A DNA stretch of 64,000 nucleotides from IMG/VR virus record IMGVR_UViG_3300048833_000111, positions 1-64,000 of that record. One strand, 5' to 3'. A program made the translations under genes and the position numbers. Positions 36,553-47,317 of the stretch are shown in pieces. This stretch comes from a virus. Within the stretch, counting starts at the first letter, position 1, and each line of letters starts with the position of its first letter. The notes beneath the pieces were generated by a model. That model made no database searches. It was not told the DNA's origin and was given only the letters and a program-made list of their open reading frames with translations.

Positions 36553-36826
36553 TAATATAGAAGAATATTGGGAAGAAGTAAAAGACCAGTATGATATAGA
36601 TTTTGAAGAATTTAAAAAAGTATGTAAGAATGTATTTACTTTTATAAAGGAAACTATATCTTCTGGTGTTGGTAAAAATATTAGGGTAAAATATCTTGGG
36701 GTATTTGAAGTTTCTAAAAGTAGAGTAGAATATTGTAAAAAATCACTTCTTAATAATCTAGAGAAAGGAGCTATATCCCAAGAAAGGTATGATAAAAGAA
36801 TAAAGATATTAAATAATTATGTTTAG
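36536..36826 (+). CDS. IHF/HU-like DNA-binding protein
   Basis: FIKETISSG...IRVKYLGVFEV. Confidence 0.55.
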   Translation: MNSFSNNIEEYWEEVKDQYDIDFEEFKKVCKNVFTFIKETISSGVGKNIRVKYLGVFEVSKSRVEYCKKSLLNNLEKGAISQERYDKRIKILNNYV

Positions 36827-37211
36827 ATTTATTAAGGATATGTATTATTATGTACAAGGTAATTTGAGATATAAATTATTTTATAGTAACTTTGCATTTT
36901 TAATACCTACACATATTTATGAACAGATATGTGTTAGAATAAATAGCATGGATAAAAAATGCTATGATGATGGACAATGTAAGCTATGTGGTTGTAATAC
37001 TACAGCTCTACAAATGGCAAATAAAGCTTGTGACAAGCCTTGTTACCCACCTTTGTTAAATCAAAGTATGTGGAATAAGATGAAAGAATCCAGAGATAGA
37101 AAGGTAGTTAGGTTTGGTGTTAGATTTAAAAACTGTAATTGGTTTTTATATAAAGATAAATTTTTAAAAAATGAATTGGGAGAAGACAAGGCTGGATTTA
37201 GGAGAAGTTAA
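36819..37211 (+). CDS. Cys-rich hypothetical protein
   Basis: C..G.CKLCGC...AC...CYP. Confidence 0.65.
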   Translation: MFRFIKDMYYYVQGNLRYKLFYSNFAFLIPTHIYEQICVRINSMDKKCYDDGQCKLCGCNTTALQMANKACDKPCYPPLLNQSMWNKMKESRDRKVVRFGVRFKNCNWFLYKDKFLKNELGEDKAGFRRS

Positions 37212-37464
37212 ACAAGGTTCTTCTAAGAAATTTATTTTTAAGGCTACTAAAGATTTAGATATAAGTAGTATAAAACTTGGTTGTAATAGCTGTACCAAAG
37301 CTAAATACAAGGATAGGATACTTAATGTAACCTTTACACCACAGAATATACCTGTACACATATCTTTAACTCAAAACTGGCAAAGAGTAGCTAAGATAAT
37401 AGTAATAAAATATAGTAATGGTACAGAGGAAACTCTTACCTTTACTGCTAAAATAGTGAAATGA
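37171..37464 (+). CDS. DUF1573-like Ig-fold protein
   Basis: DLGEVKQG...F.F....I..I..GCNSCT. Confidence 0.55.
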   Translation: MNWEKTRLDLGEVKQGSSKKFIFKATKDLDISSIKLGCNSCTKAKYKDRILNVTFTPQNIPVHISLTQNWQRVAKIIVIKYSNGTEETLTFTAKIVK

Positions 37465-38051
37465 TGAGTGATAATAAAGTAAGAGCGTATAGTAATAAAG
37501 AACTATTGGATAGGGTATCATCCCTACCTAGTTTCAAAGGTATACCTACAGATTATTGGATATTGGGAGTTCAATCTAATGAAGATTCCTATAATTTATT
37601 TGATGACAAATTCTATATTTTTAAAGGAACTAGATTTGTAAAAGTAGTATCAGGTACAACTAATGCTGGAACTACTGGATTAATGAACTATGAAAAGTAT
37701 AGTAAGGATGGTGTATTGGTAGTTAAGACCAATGAATGGTATTATGGATTATGGAAATTTGGATATCATAATGGTAGAATGCCAGCATTAAAACAAGTTA
37801 GACCTATAAAATATTTTAGAGATTGGAACAAAAACAAAAGTGTAGAAGAGATTGGACAAGTATACTCAGGAATGAGAGGGATAAACTTTCATACAGTACT
37901 CTATGAAAAAACTTTATCTTTTGTAAGAAAGTTTATAGGAGGGTGGTCCGTGGGTTGCCAAGTGGTAAATAGTGTGGGAGATTACTATGAAATTTTAGAG
38001 CTTATGAAGGACCAAAATAGTGTGACTTATTGTATAATAAAAGAATTTTAA
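37461..38051 (+). CDS. Putative peptidoglycan peptidase, L,D-transpeptidase (YkuD)-like; endolysin candidate
   Basis: GINFH...GGWSVGCQV His/Cys motif. Confidence 0.6.
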   Translation: MMSDNKVRAYSNKELLDRVSSLPSFKGIPTDYWILGVQSNEDSYNLFDDKFYIFKGTRFVKVVSGTTNAGTTGLMNYEKYSKDGVLVVKTNEWYYGLWKFGYHNGRMPALKQVRPIKYFRDWNKNKSVEEIGQVYSGMRGINFHTVLYEKTLSFVRKFIGGWSVGCQVVNSVGDYYEILELMKDQNSVTYCIIKEF

Positions 38052-38052
38052 T

Positions 38053-38262
38053 ATGAAAATAAAAGTAGATTTTGATACAAAACAAATAGAGATTATAGGA
38101 GAGGTAAATTTGGGTGAATTTTCTAGAAAGATTATGGACCTTGGGTTGGATGTAGAAGAGTGGAGTGTAATAACTAAAGTAGAATATGTACTTGGAAATA
38201 TCTTTACAACTCCTAATATAACTCCTTATAGAAACCCTTTTGAACCTTATGTGACTTACTAA
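38053..38262 (+). CDS. Hypothetical protein
   Basis: ORF track. Confidence 0.6.
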   Translation: MKIKVDFDTKQIEIIGEVNLGEFSRKIMDLGLDVEEWSVITKVEYVLGNIFTTPNITPYRNPFEPYVTY

Positions 38263-38263
38263 T

Positions 38264-38815
38264 ATGGCATTTTTATTTGTAGTAGAAAATAGTATAGCTA
38301 AGCCCAATACAGAAACCCTACTTATAGAGCCTTTTAAGACTATATGGGAGAGAGATAAATCCTCTTCTAAAAGTCTAGCTCTCAAGGAACTTACTTTTAT
38401 AGAGTTTATGTCCTCAAAGAAAAAGACAAATCCTTATGCAGGTTATGATGATGATATAAGATATGAAAGACTTAAGGAAACAATGCCAGAGGATTGGGAG
38501 ATGGATAGTGTTGTAGAGCAAGGGTTAATAAAGATTAAGGACTTTCAAATAGAAGCATCCCCAACTTACCAATATTATTTGTCTGCACAGAAGGCAGCAG
38601 AAAAGATGAGAGGATTCTTTAATACTTTTGATATAAATGAAAGGAATGAAAGGAATGGAAATCCTGTATATAAGCCAAGTGATATTACAAAAGCTCTAAA
38701 TGATACTGATAAAGTGTTACAAAATTTAAACTCAATGAAGGAGAAGGTAGAGCAGGAATTATTTGAACAAACAAAGACAAGAGGAAATAAACAAATTAAT
38801 CCATTTGAAGTATAA
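38264..38815 (+). CDS. Hypothetical protein, possible terminase small subunit
   Basis: Helical protein two genes upstream of TerL. Confidence 0.45.
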   Translation: MAFLFVVENSIAKPNTETLLIEPFKTIWERDKSSSKSLALKELTFIEFMSSKKKTNPYAGYDDDIRYERLKETMPEDWEMDSVVEQGLIKIKDFQIEASPTYQYYLSAQKAAEKMRGFFNTFDINERNERNGNPVYKPSDITKALNDTDKVLQNLNSMKEKVEQELFEQTKTRGNKQINPFEV

Positions 38816-38820
38816 GAAAT

Positions 38821-39090
38821 ATGATTATATTACCAACAGGTGCTGTTATAGTAAAACAGAGAATAGAGAAATATAAAAATTCAGGGGGTATAATATTGGA
38901 AGATACCAGTGCATTGGATAAAGTGTATAATGATGGAGAGATTATATTTACTGCCCCAGAGCTTACAGATTTACAGTCAAAGAAAATAGTATTTAGACCT
39001 AATTATGCAGAGGAAATAGATATTGAGGGAGAAAAATATTTATTTTTTAGGGATGTACAATCCTCTATGTATTATATTATAGAAGAATAA
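38821..39090 (+). CDS. GroES-like co-chaperonin
   Basis: LPTG.VIV...SGGIIL mobile loop...EIDIEGEKYLFFR. Confidence 0.7.
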   Translation: MIILPTGAVIVKQRIEKYKNSGGIILEDTSALDKVYNDGEIIFTAPELTDLQSKKIVFRPNYAEEIDIEGEKYLFFRDVQSSMYYIIEE

Positions 39091-41297
39091 TGATTAGAAA
39101 AAGTAGTGGTGTTTGGGTAGACTCTTCAGTATTTAGAGCAGAGGCAATTAAATTCCAAGAGAATGGAGTTTATTGTTCTGCTCCTATTGGTACTCCAGAT
39201 TGGTTTACATATTGGGAAGAACAGTTGAGAAGATGTAGAGAAGGTTATGAAGTTGATGGTCATAAGATAACTGGTAATCACTACTTTTATTTAAATTTTA
39301 CCCAAATACAAATTGTAAAAGAAGAAGATGATGATTCTGTAGTAGCAGAGAAAATCACCCAACAACCTGACTTTTGGGATGGGGATTACAATTACTTTTG
39401 GGCTTTGGAAATAGCTAAGAATGGAATCTGTACAAAGAATAGTTTAGTACCTTCAACTGAGCAGGAAAGAAAAGATTGGATAGCTTACAATAAAAAAGTA
39501 AAATTAATTAAGAAAAAAGATAGAAAGACCTATAGAAATAATCCAGAATATTTAAAGGCTAAAGAGAAAAGAGATACTATTTCTAAAGCTATATTGGATA
39601 GGTTAAATTTATTTGTAAAACCCCATCTGGATTATTTGGATGGTGGTTATCATATGATTGTAGGTAAGTCTAGAAGGAAGGGTTACTCTTATAAGGATGG
39701 TGCAATTTGTGCTAATATTTATAATACAGTTAGAAAAGCACAGGTTATTATTGGAGCGCATGAAAAGAAGTTCCTTTATCCTAAAGGGACTATGGGTATG
39801 GCATCAGATTATTTAAACTTCTTAAATGAACATACTGGATGGGCAAAATCTAGAGATTATGTAGATAAACAGGACCATAAAAAAGCTTCTTATAAAACAG
39901 TAGTAAATGGTGTACCTGTAGAGAAGGGTTATGAATCTGAAATATTTGCACTATCTTTTAAAGATAATCCAGATGCTGCTAGGGGAAAGGATGGTAAGAT
40001 TGTACTATTAGAGGAGGCAGGAGCTTTCCCTAATTTAAAAGATGCATACAATGCTATATATCCTGCACTTACAGGGGGTTCTTATATTACTGGACAAATT
40101 ATTATATTTGGAACTGGTGGGGATATGGAATCAGGTACTGTAGACTATGCTGATATGTTCTATAATCCTACTGCCTACAGATTAATGCCTTTTATAAATA
40201 TATGGGATGAAAATGGACAGGATTCTGTTTGTGGATTCTTCCATCCAGTTACTTGGAATCTTGAAGGTTTTTATGATTCACAAGGTAATTCAGATATAGA
40301 GGGTGCTACTGAGTTTGAAAATGATAGGAGACAGACATTATTGGAAGAATCCTCATCATCAACTACCCTTCAGAAACACGTACAGGAATACCCATTCTGT
40401 CCTTCAGAAGCCTTTCTTACTGTCAGTACTAACAACTTCCCTGTTATTGAGCTGAGAAACCAACTTAATAAAGTTATACATGAGAGATTACAATTGAAAA
40501 AGGGTACTCCTGTGTATTTAGATAGGGTAAATGGAAAAGTAGTTGCAAGACCAGATTTACAGAATAAATTACAACCAGTATTAAACTATAGACCTAAGAT
40601 AGAAGATTTAACTGGGTGTCCAATTATATATGAATATCCAATAGATAATCCTCCTAAAGGATTATATAAAATAGGATATGACCCATATAGGCAGGATTTA
40701 TCAACAGGTGTATCTTTAGCAGCTATTTATGTATACAAGTCTTCACATAAATTCTCATATAAGAGAAACATTATAGTAGCTGAATATGTAGGTAGACCAC
40801 CAGAAGCAGATGATGTAAATAGAATAGCAGCTCAATTGGCTGAACTTTACAATGCAGAAATAATGCATGAAAATGAAGTTACACATGTAAAGAATTATTT
40901 TAGAAGAACAAAACAATTACATTTGTTAGCTGCACAACCTGATGAGGTTATCAGTAAAAATATAAAGAACTCTACTGTTGCAAGGATATATGGTATACAT
41001 ATGAATGAACAGTTAAAAGATGCTGGGGAGAAATATATAAAGGATTGGTTATTGGAAGTAAGAGATTATGATGAGAATGGTAGTCCAATATTAAATCTGG
41101 AAAGTATATATTCTATAGGTCTTTTAGAAGAATTAATACAATATAACAGAAAAGGAAACTTTGATAGGGTAATGTCTTTTATGATGTGCATGTTCCAAAT
41201 ACAAGAAGAAGATTTAGGTAAGGAATATGGCGATAAAGAAAATACAAGAGTGCAAAGTATTGTAAACTTTTTTGATAAACTAAATAAAAGAAATTAA
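39090..41297 (+). CDS. terL: Terminase large subunit
   Basis: KITGNHYFYLNF, KSRRKGYS Walker A, LLEEAG Walker B, GTGG, GYDPY, NFDRV nuclease motifs. Confidence 0.92.
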   Translation: MIRKSSGVWVDSSVFRAEAIKFQENGVYCSAPIGTPDWFTYWEEQLRRCREGYEVDGHKITGNHYFYLNFTQIQIVKEEDDDSVVAEKITQQPDFWDGDYNYFWALEIAKNGICTKNSLVPSTEQERKDWIAYNKKVKLIKKKDRKTYRNNPEYLKAKEKRDTISKAILDRLNLFVKPHLDYLDGGYHMIVGKSRRKGYSYKDGAICANIYNTVRKAQVIIGAHEKKFLYPKGTMGMASDYLNFLNEHTGWAKSRDYVDKQDHKKASYKTVVNGVPVEKGYESEIFALSFKDNPDAARGKDGKIVLLEEAGAFPNLKDAYNAIYPALTGGSYITGQIIIFGTGGDMESGTVDYADMFYNPTAYRLMPFINIWDENGQDSVCGFFHPVTWNLEGFYDSQGNSDIEGATEFENDRRQTLLEESSSSTTLQKHVQEYPFCPSEAFLTVSTNNFPVIELRNQLNKVIHERLQLKKGTPVYLDRVNGKVVARPDLQNKLQPVLNYRPKIEDLTGCPIIYEYPIDNPPKGLYKIGYDPYRQDLSTGVSLAAIYVYKSSHKFSYKRNIIVAEYVGRPPEADDVNRIAAQLAELYNAEIMHENEVTHVKNYFRRTKQLHLLAAQPDEVISKNIKNSTVARIYGIHMNEQLKDAGEKYIKDWLLEVRDYDENGSPILNLESIYSIGLLEELIQYNRKGNFDRVMSFMMCMFQIQEEDLGKEYGDKENTRVQSIVNFFDKLNKRN

Positions 41298-41299
41298 TT

Positions 41300-43735
41300 A
41301 TGTCAGAACAAAGAGTCAGTACACAACAAAGATTGACAAGAAAACAAAAAAATGCTAATGATAAGCAGTATTTTAAAGACCAATTGGATTCCTTAGATTC
41401 ATTGTCTTTTATAAATGGTGGTATCTTTACATTTGGAGAGAATGCTACTGGAATGTCAGAGTATAGAAGAATGAAAATCAACTATGATTTATTTAATAAT
41501 ATAGTAAATAAAACTGATTTTGAACATGTATGTTCTCCATTTGGTAAAGAGGTTGGAGAGCTTCCAGCAGATTTTACAAACAAAGATATCATATCAGGTA
41601 AGGTTAAAGCTCTACTTGGTATGGAAATGAAAAGACCTTTTTCATGGAAAGTAGCAGCAACCAATGAGGAAGCTACTACTAGAATAGAACAAGAGGAGTT
41701 TAAACTTTTAAAGGATTTTGTAATAAACAGTATTATGTTGCCAATAAGACAACAAATAGAACAACAGTATTTAGAGCAAAGTCAAGGAAAAGAGCTTTCT
41801 CCAGATGAGCAAAGAAAAATTCAGGAACAGGTAGAACAGGAGATGCAATCTATGACACCACCTGAAGTTAAGAGGTATATGTCCAGGGAACATCAGGACC
41901 CTGCTGAAGCATTGGCACATCAAATTTTAGAATATCTTATAGAGAAAGAAGATATAAAAATGAAATTCAATAAGGCTTGGAAACATGGTCTTATATCAGG
42001 AAGGGAAATATTCTGGGTAGGTATAGTAAATGGGGAGCCTTGTATAAGAGTTGTAAACCCATTAAGATTTGATTATGATAAAAGTCCTGATTTAGATTAT
42101 ATTGAAGATGGAGAATGGGCTGTATATGAAATGTATATGACTCCCTCTGAAATTGTAAAAAGCTTTGGTAGTGAACTTAGTGATGAGGATATAGATGATA
42201 TATATGAAGAATACCATAATGTAGCTAGTTTTTCAGATGACTCATTTACATTTAGAAATGATGGTGTCTCTAGTATAAATGGAGTAAGGGTGTTACATGG
42301 TGAATGGAAAGGACTTAAACCTATAAAATTTATAGAAGGGGTAGACCCTGTTACTGGAGAATTTTATGAAGATATAGTAGATGAAAGTTATCAGTTAAAT
42401 GGAGAAGCTGGAGATATAAATGAAAGAATTGAATGGATTATTACTAAGTATGAGGGTTATAGAATAGGAAGGGATAAGTATGCTTTCCTTAGAGAAGTAC
42501 CAGGTCAGTATAAGGATTTAACTAATTTATATCATTGCAAGCTATCTTTTATAGGTGCTGCCTATGATAATCTAAACTCTGAAGTTACATCTTTGGTGGA
42601 TAGGATGAAATACTGGCAGTATTTTTACAATATTATAAGTTATAGAATAGAACTTCTTACTGCATCTGATGAAGGAAAGAAAATATTACTTAACTTAAAT
42701 TTAATACCTAAAGGTTCAGGTATAACTTTAGAAAAGTGGATGCATTATTTTTCTGCAAATAAAATAGGTTTCTTGAATCCAAATGAAGAGGGTAATAGAA
42801 ATGCAGATATCACACAGGCAGCAAAAGAAATTGATATGTCTCTTGCATCTGACATCCAAAAATATATAGCTTTAGCTGAATATATAGAAAGAAGATGTGG
42901 AGAATCTGTTGGTATTACTAAACAAATTGAAGGGCAAATTAAAGAAGATGAGGCTGTATCTAATACTAGAACAGCAATTATACAATCTTCAAATATTATT
43001 GAACCTTACTATGAAGTGCATAATAATATAAAAAGAAATGCTCTACAAGCTCTTATTGAATGTGCTAAGGTAGCATATGCTGAATTCCAACCTAGGTATA
43101 TAAACTATGTACTTGATGATATGTCAAGAAGAATGGTCAATATAGATTATGAGTTGTTAGAAAATTCTACTTATGGCATCTTTGTATCTAATTCAATGAA
43201 GTCACATGAAGCATTACAAATGGTACAACAATTATCACATGCAGCATTACAGAATCAAACTGCTGAACTATCTGATGTACTTAAGATTATGAGAAGTGAA
43301 TCTGTACAAGAGGCAGAAGAATTACTTAAAGTTGCAGAACAAGATAGAAAAGATAGAGAGCAACAAATGCAACAACAACAACTTCAAGCTCAAGCTGAAT
43401 CTGAAGAAAAAGCTAGAGAATTTAAGAGAGAGGAATGGCAACATGAAATGAATAAGATGGAGAGAGAGGAAGAACTTAAAACAGAAAGAGAACTTCAGAA
43501 ACAAGCTATATTATCACTTGGATTTAATGAAGATAAAGATTTGGATAAAGATGGTATGCCAGATGTACTTGAAGTTTATAAAGCTGGGGTAGATGCCCAA
43601 ATAAAAGCAAGTAAACAAAAATTAGATGAAGACAAACTAATGCATCAAAAAGAAGTTGATAAGAAAAAGCTTGAACAAAAGGATAAAGAGATAAAAATTA
43701 AACAACAACAAGGTAATAAAGTAGTTAAAAAGTAA
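41300..43735 (+). CDS. Portal protein
   Basis: 811-aa ORF after TerL with coiled-coil C-terminus; crAss-like synteny. Confidence 0.82.
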   Translation: MSEQRVSTQQRLTRKQKNANDKQYFKDQLDSLDSLSFINGGIFTFGENATGMSEYRRMKINYDLFNNIVNKTDFEHVCSPFGKEVGELPADFTNKDIISGKVKALLGMEMKRPFSWKVAATNEEATTRIEQEEFKLLKDFVINSIMLPIRQQIEQQYLEQSQGKELSPDEQRKIQEQVEQEMQSMTPPEVKRYMSREHQDPAEALAHQILEYLIEKEDIKMKFNKAWKHGLISGREIFWVGIVNGEPCIRVVNPLRFDYDKSPDLDYIEDGEWAVYEMYMTPSEIVKSFGSELSDEDIDDIYEEYHNVASFSDDSFTFRNDGVSSINGVRVLHGEWKGLKPIKFIEGVDPVTGEFYEDIVDESYQLNGEAGDINERIEWIITKYEGYRIGRDKYAFLREVPGQYKDLTNLYHCKLSFIGAAYDNLNSEVTSLVDRMKYWQYFYNIISYRIELLTASDEGKKILLNLNLIPKGSGITLEKWMHYFSANKIGFLNPNEEGNRNADITQAAKEIDMSLASDIQKYIALAEYIERRCGESVGITKQIEGQIKEDEAVSNTRTAIIQSSNIIEPYYEVHNNIKRNALQALIECAKVAYAEFQPRYINYVLDDMSRRMVNIDYELLENSTYGIFVSNSMKSHEALQMVQQLSHAALQNQTAELSDVLKIMRSESVQEAEELLKVAEQDRKDREQQMQQQQLQAQAESEEKAREFKREEWQHEMNKMEREEELKTERELQKQAILSLGFNEDKDLDKDGMPDVLEVYKAGVDAQIKASKQKLDEDKLMHQKEVDKKKLEQKDKEIKIKQQQGNKVVKK

Positions 43736-43806
43736 AAAAAGCTATTAGCTACTATTTTTAAAAATTAAGTTTAAAACTTAAAAAAATTAAATAATTAATC
43801 TTAAAT

Positions 43807-44943
43807 TTGCAACAGATTATGGCACAAGAAGAACAAGAAGGTCTATTAGGATTTAATTGGGAGAATGATGGAGATGATTTCTTTGGTATAGAACAAACTA
43901 CCACAGCAACTCCATCAAAAAAAGAAAAAGAGAAAAAAGTTGAAATTGAAGAAGAGGAAGGTAATCCTACTCCACCTACATCAACTGAACCTGAGGAAGA
44001 AGAGGAAGATGATTTCTTTGAAACTTCAGAAGAGGAAGAAGAAGAGGGTGATGAAGGTAAACCAAATCCTCCAGCATCAACAAGTATCTATTCAGATGTA
44101 TATAAAGATTTAAAAGAACAAGGAATCTTTAAACATATTGAAGTAGAAGAAGGAGAAGAATTAGATGCTGACAAATTTTTTGAATTACAACAAGAGGAAT
44201 ATGAAGCTGAAGTAAATGCTAGGTTGACCAATTGGGCAACTAAAGAATTGGATGAAGATGCAAAAGCATTTATTAAGTTTAAAAGAGATGGTGGTAATAC
44301 TGAAGACTTCTTTAGTATTTATTCTAAATCTACTGACCTTCCTACAGGAGATATCTCAGAGGAATCCCATCAAGATAGGGTAATTAGATACCAATTAAAG
44401 CAAGAAGGTTGGGATGCAGATGAAATAGAAGATAGATTAAGATATCTTACAGAATCTGGTAGAAAGGAAAAAGTTGCTAAAAAATATAATGCTAAGATAA
44501 AAGAGCAAAGTGAAGCTCAAAAAGCAGAAGTATTAAAGCAAGCTAATAAACAAAAAGAATTAATTCAAGCTCAAGAACAAGAGTTTAAAGATAATATTAA
44601 ATCTGTATTAGATACTACAAAAGATGTAAAAGGTATTAAAATTTCAGATAAAGATAAAATACAGTTGTATAATTTTCTAACAAAAAAAGCTCATAAGATT
44701 TCAGATACTAAATCTATTACAGGCTTCCAAAAGAAATTAGGAGAAGCTTTCCAAGATACAAATAAGATGATACTCTTGGCAAAATTGATAAGTTCTGATT
44801 TTGATATGAAAGATTTTGAAAAAGCAACTGTAACAAAAAAGACACAACAAATAAAAAGTAATTTAGAACAGCGCAAGGGCTTAAGACCAACTAATTCTGG
44901 AAGTTCATTAGAAGGAAAAGGGCTTGCTGATTTATTTAATTAA
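43807..44943 (+). CDS. Putative scaffolding protein
   Basis: Highly acidic N-terminus; between portal and MCP. Confidence 0.6.
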   Translation: MQQIMAQEEQEGLLGFNWENDGDDFFGIEQTTTATPSKKEKEKKVEIEEEEGNPTPPTSTEPEEEEEDDFFETSEEEEEEGDEGKPNPPASTSIYSDVYKDLKEQGIFKHIEVEEGEELDADKFFELQQEEYEAEVNARLTNWATKELDEDAKAFIKFKRDGGNTEDFFSIYSKSTDLPTGDISEESHQDRVIRYQLKQEGWDADEIEDRLRYLTESGRKEKVAKKYNAKIKEQSEAQKAEVLKQANKQKELIQAQEQEFKDNIKSVLDTTKDVKGIKISDKDKIQLYNFLTKKAHKISDTKSITGFQKKLGEAFQDTNKMILLAKLISSDFDMKDFEKATVTKKTQQIKSNLEQRKGLRPTNSGSSLEGKGLADLFN

Positions 44944-44970
44944 AAAAAAGAAAACTAATAAAAACAAACT

Positions 44971-46437
44971 ATGGCAACATTAGGAAGTAGATTAAAAACA
45001 AAGCAGATGCCTTGGCATGCTAATATGACTGAGTTGAATCACTTGGGAGCTGCTTTGATTGCTAAGCCTCACGTATTTGAAGGTAAGATGAATCAACTAT
45101 TTTCTGCACAAAATTATTATTCTGATAACCCACTATCAAGTATAGCTTGGGGTACAGGAGCAGAAAAAGTTATCACTACAATGGAGTGGGAATGGCAGTT
45201 AAAAGGTGCTAATACTAGACCTCTAGTAGTTATTGAAAATGTTGAACCAGCAGCTAATACAACTCCAGGAAAAGGTAAAGAACCATTTTTCGTAAAATTG
45301 GATGAGAATTGGTATGAAGCAGGGGATACAATAACTCCAGGTACAGCAGGTCAGAAGTATCAGTGTAGAATTATGGAGAAACCAGAGAAACATGGTAATG
45401 GTTGGATATATAAAGTTAGACTTAAGTCTGATGATTTCCAAGCATTCTTACCAGTATCTTTGTTACAACCAGGTCAACAATGGGCTAAGCTATGGGCTGA
45501 ATACGAAGAAGGTGCTAACCAAGATGGTAGTACTCAGTATGCAATGCCTTTGACACTTAGAGATTCTCTAGGTAAATTCAGAAAGAAGTATGAAGTAACA
45601 GATTACGCATCTGAAGAAGTTCTTGCAGTAAAAATTCCAGATTCAAAAGGTGGATACCATGATTCTTGGATTAAATATGCTGAAGTAGAATATTGGCAAC
45701 AATGGTACAGAGAGCTTGAAAGAGCATTCTGGTATAATAGAAAAACAAAATCTGTACAAGGTTCAACAGGTAGAAGTGTAGATAACTTCTCAGGTATCCA
45801 AGAGAAACTTGAAGATAGTCATTTACACTATTACACTGAATTAACAGCTAAACTTATTGAAGAATTCTTATTGGATATCTTCTATTCAAGAGTTAAGCCA
45901 GGTTCAGGTAGAAAGATTAAAGTATTCACAGGTGAATATGGAATGGTATTGTTCAATAGAGCTATGCAAGATATTATGGATAAGAGAGGTTGGGTTATTG
46001 CTAACCAAAACTTCAATCCAGTACAAAAAGCTACTTCTGCATACCACTCAAATGCTTACTCTGTAGGATATCAATTCGTACAGTACAAAATGCACAATGG
46101 TGCTGAACTTGAATTAGTACACAATCCTCTATATGATGATAGAAGTATTAACTTTGAAATTGACCCAGTAACTGGTTATCCAGTAGAATCAATGAGATTT
46201 ACTTTCCTTGATTTCTCAGGTGGAAATGGAGAAAGTAATGTATCTCTAGTATCTAAGAAAGATGGTTACAAATTTGGATATGTTGGTGGATTAGTAAACC
46301 CAATGGGACCTAATAAAGGTGGTCTTATGGCTCACGCAGGGGAATACTACTCAATGCACGTATCTAAAATATGTGGTGTACATATTGAAGATATCACTAA
46401 GTGTGGTGAACTTATATTAAAAAGAAACGTAGGTTAA
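44971..46437 (+). CDS. Major capsid protein
   Basis: 488 aa, highly-expressed codon bias, TGEYGM and HNPLYDD segments, synteny, downstream hairpin. Confidence 0.85.
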   Translation: MATLGSRLKTKQMPWHANMTELNHLGAALIAKPHVFEGKMNQLFSAQNYYSDNPLSSIAWGTGAEKVITTMEWEWQLKGANTRPLVVIENVEPAANTTPGKGKEPFFVKLDENWYEAGDTITPGTAGQKYQCRIMEKPEKHGNGWIYKVRLKSDDFQAFLPVSLLQPGQQWAKLWAEYEEGANQDGSTQYAMPLTLRDSLGKFRKKYEVTDYASEEVLAVKIPDSKGGYHDSWIKYAEVEYWQQWYRELERAFWYNRKTKSVQGSTGRSVDNFSGIQEKLEDSHLHYYTELTAKLIEEFLLDIFYSRVKPGSGRKIKVFTGEYGMVLFNRAMQDIMDKRGWVIANQNFNPVQKATSAYHSNAYSVGYQFVQYKMHNGAELELVHNPLYDDRSINFEIDPVTGYPVESMRFTFLDFSGGNGESNVSLVSKKDGYKFGYVGGLVNPMGPNKGGLMAHAGEYYSMHVSKICGVHIEDITKCGELILKRNVG

Positions 46438-46462
46438 GACTATTTTTCTTATCTTTGCAAAT

Positions 46463-46485
46463 GGGGAGTAAAGATACTACTCCCC
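46463..46485 (+). terminator. Hairpin after MCP gene
   Basis: GGGGAGTA...TACTCCCC; preceded by TATCTTTG at 46450. Confidence 0.55.
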
Positions 46486-46518
46486 TATGTAAAGAAATAT
46501 TAATTAAACACGAAACAA

Positions 46519-47316
46519 ATGGCAATAGTAGAAGTAAGACCCATTGAAAAAGAAAGATGGCATAATAAAAAAGGAAAGGATTCTTTTAAAAGACCAGTAA
46601 CAATTGAAGCATTAATAGATGTTAATACAGGTCAATTTGCTACAGGTCTATCAACAGAAGATAGAGAGAGGTTAGAGAAGGCTACTGGACAGAATCTATC
46701 ACCAGATTATATGGTTGGAAAACCACATGAATTTTGGAATTCACCAGCAGCAGCAATTAAGTTAGAATATAAAACAAATATATTTGATACTAAAAAAGCT
46801 TTTGATGAGATAAAGGTTAAAGTACTTAAGGCATCTGATTTAGTAGCTAATTCAATGAAAGAATACGAGGAAGGTAAATTTCCAAATGCAATCTTTGTTA
46901 TATTTGATGAAACTGAAGAAGTTGAAAGAAAAGCTAGTAAAGCTGCTATAAAAAGAAAAGTAGTTATAGAGAGTTCTAAATTAACAAAGTCTAGAAAGGC
47001 TGAAATAGTACAGATTTTATCTGGAGTTTCAGTTAAAAATCAAACAGAAGATTATATTGATTTGAAACTAGATGAAGAAATTGAAGATAAAGGTCCAGAC
47101 AAAGTACTTGCAATAATCCAAAGAGATAAGGCTAGAACTAGTTTACATGCATTGGTATTGGAAGCAATACAAAAAAATGTACTTAGAAAAGAGGGAACAG
47201 CAGTGTATTATATGGATGACCAAGTAGGATTTGATTTGGAATCTGCAATAGATTATTTTGCAGATAGTAAGAACCAAGCTTTAAAAGCACAAATTTTAGA
47301 AAAAATAAACGAGTAA
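46519..47316 (+). CDS. crAss-like protein downstream of MCP
   Basis: Synteny. Confidence 0.6.
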   Translation: MAIVEVRPIEKERWHNKKGKDSFKRPVTIEALIDVNTGQFATGLSTEDRERLEKATGQNLSPDYMVGKPHEFWNSPAAAIKLEYKTNIFDTKKAFDEIKVKVLKASDLVANSMKEYEEGKFPNAIFVIFDETEEVERKASKAAIKRKVVIESSKLTKSRKAEIVQILSGVSVKNQTEDYIDLKLDEEIEDKGPDKVLAIIQRDKARTSLHALVLEAIQKNVLRKEGTAVYYMDDQVGFDLESAIDYFADSKNQALKAQILEKINE

Positions 47317-47317
47317 T

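Noticed and set aside
39400-39620. Lys-rich stretch in TerL as an intein or intron
   Set aside because: No intein terminal motifs or frame break; probably an ordinary insertion
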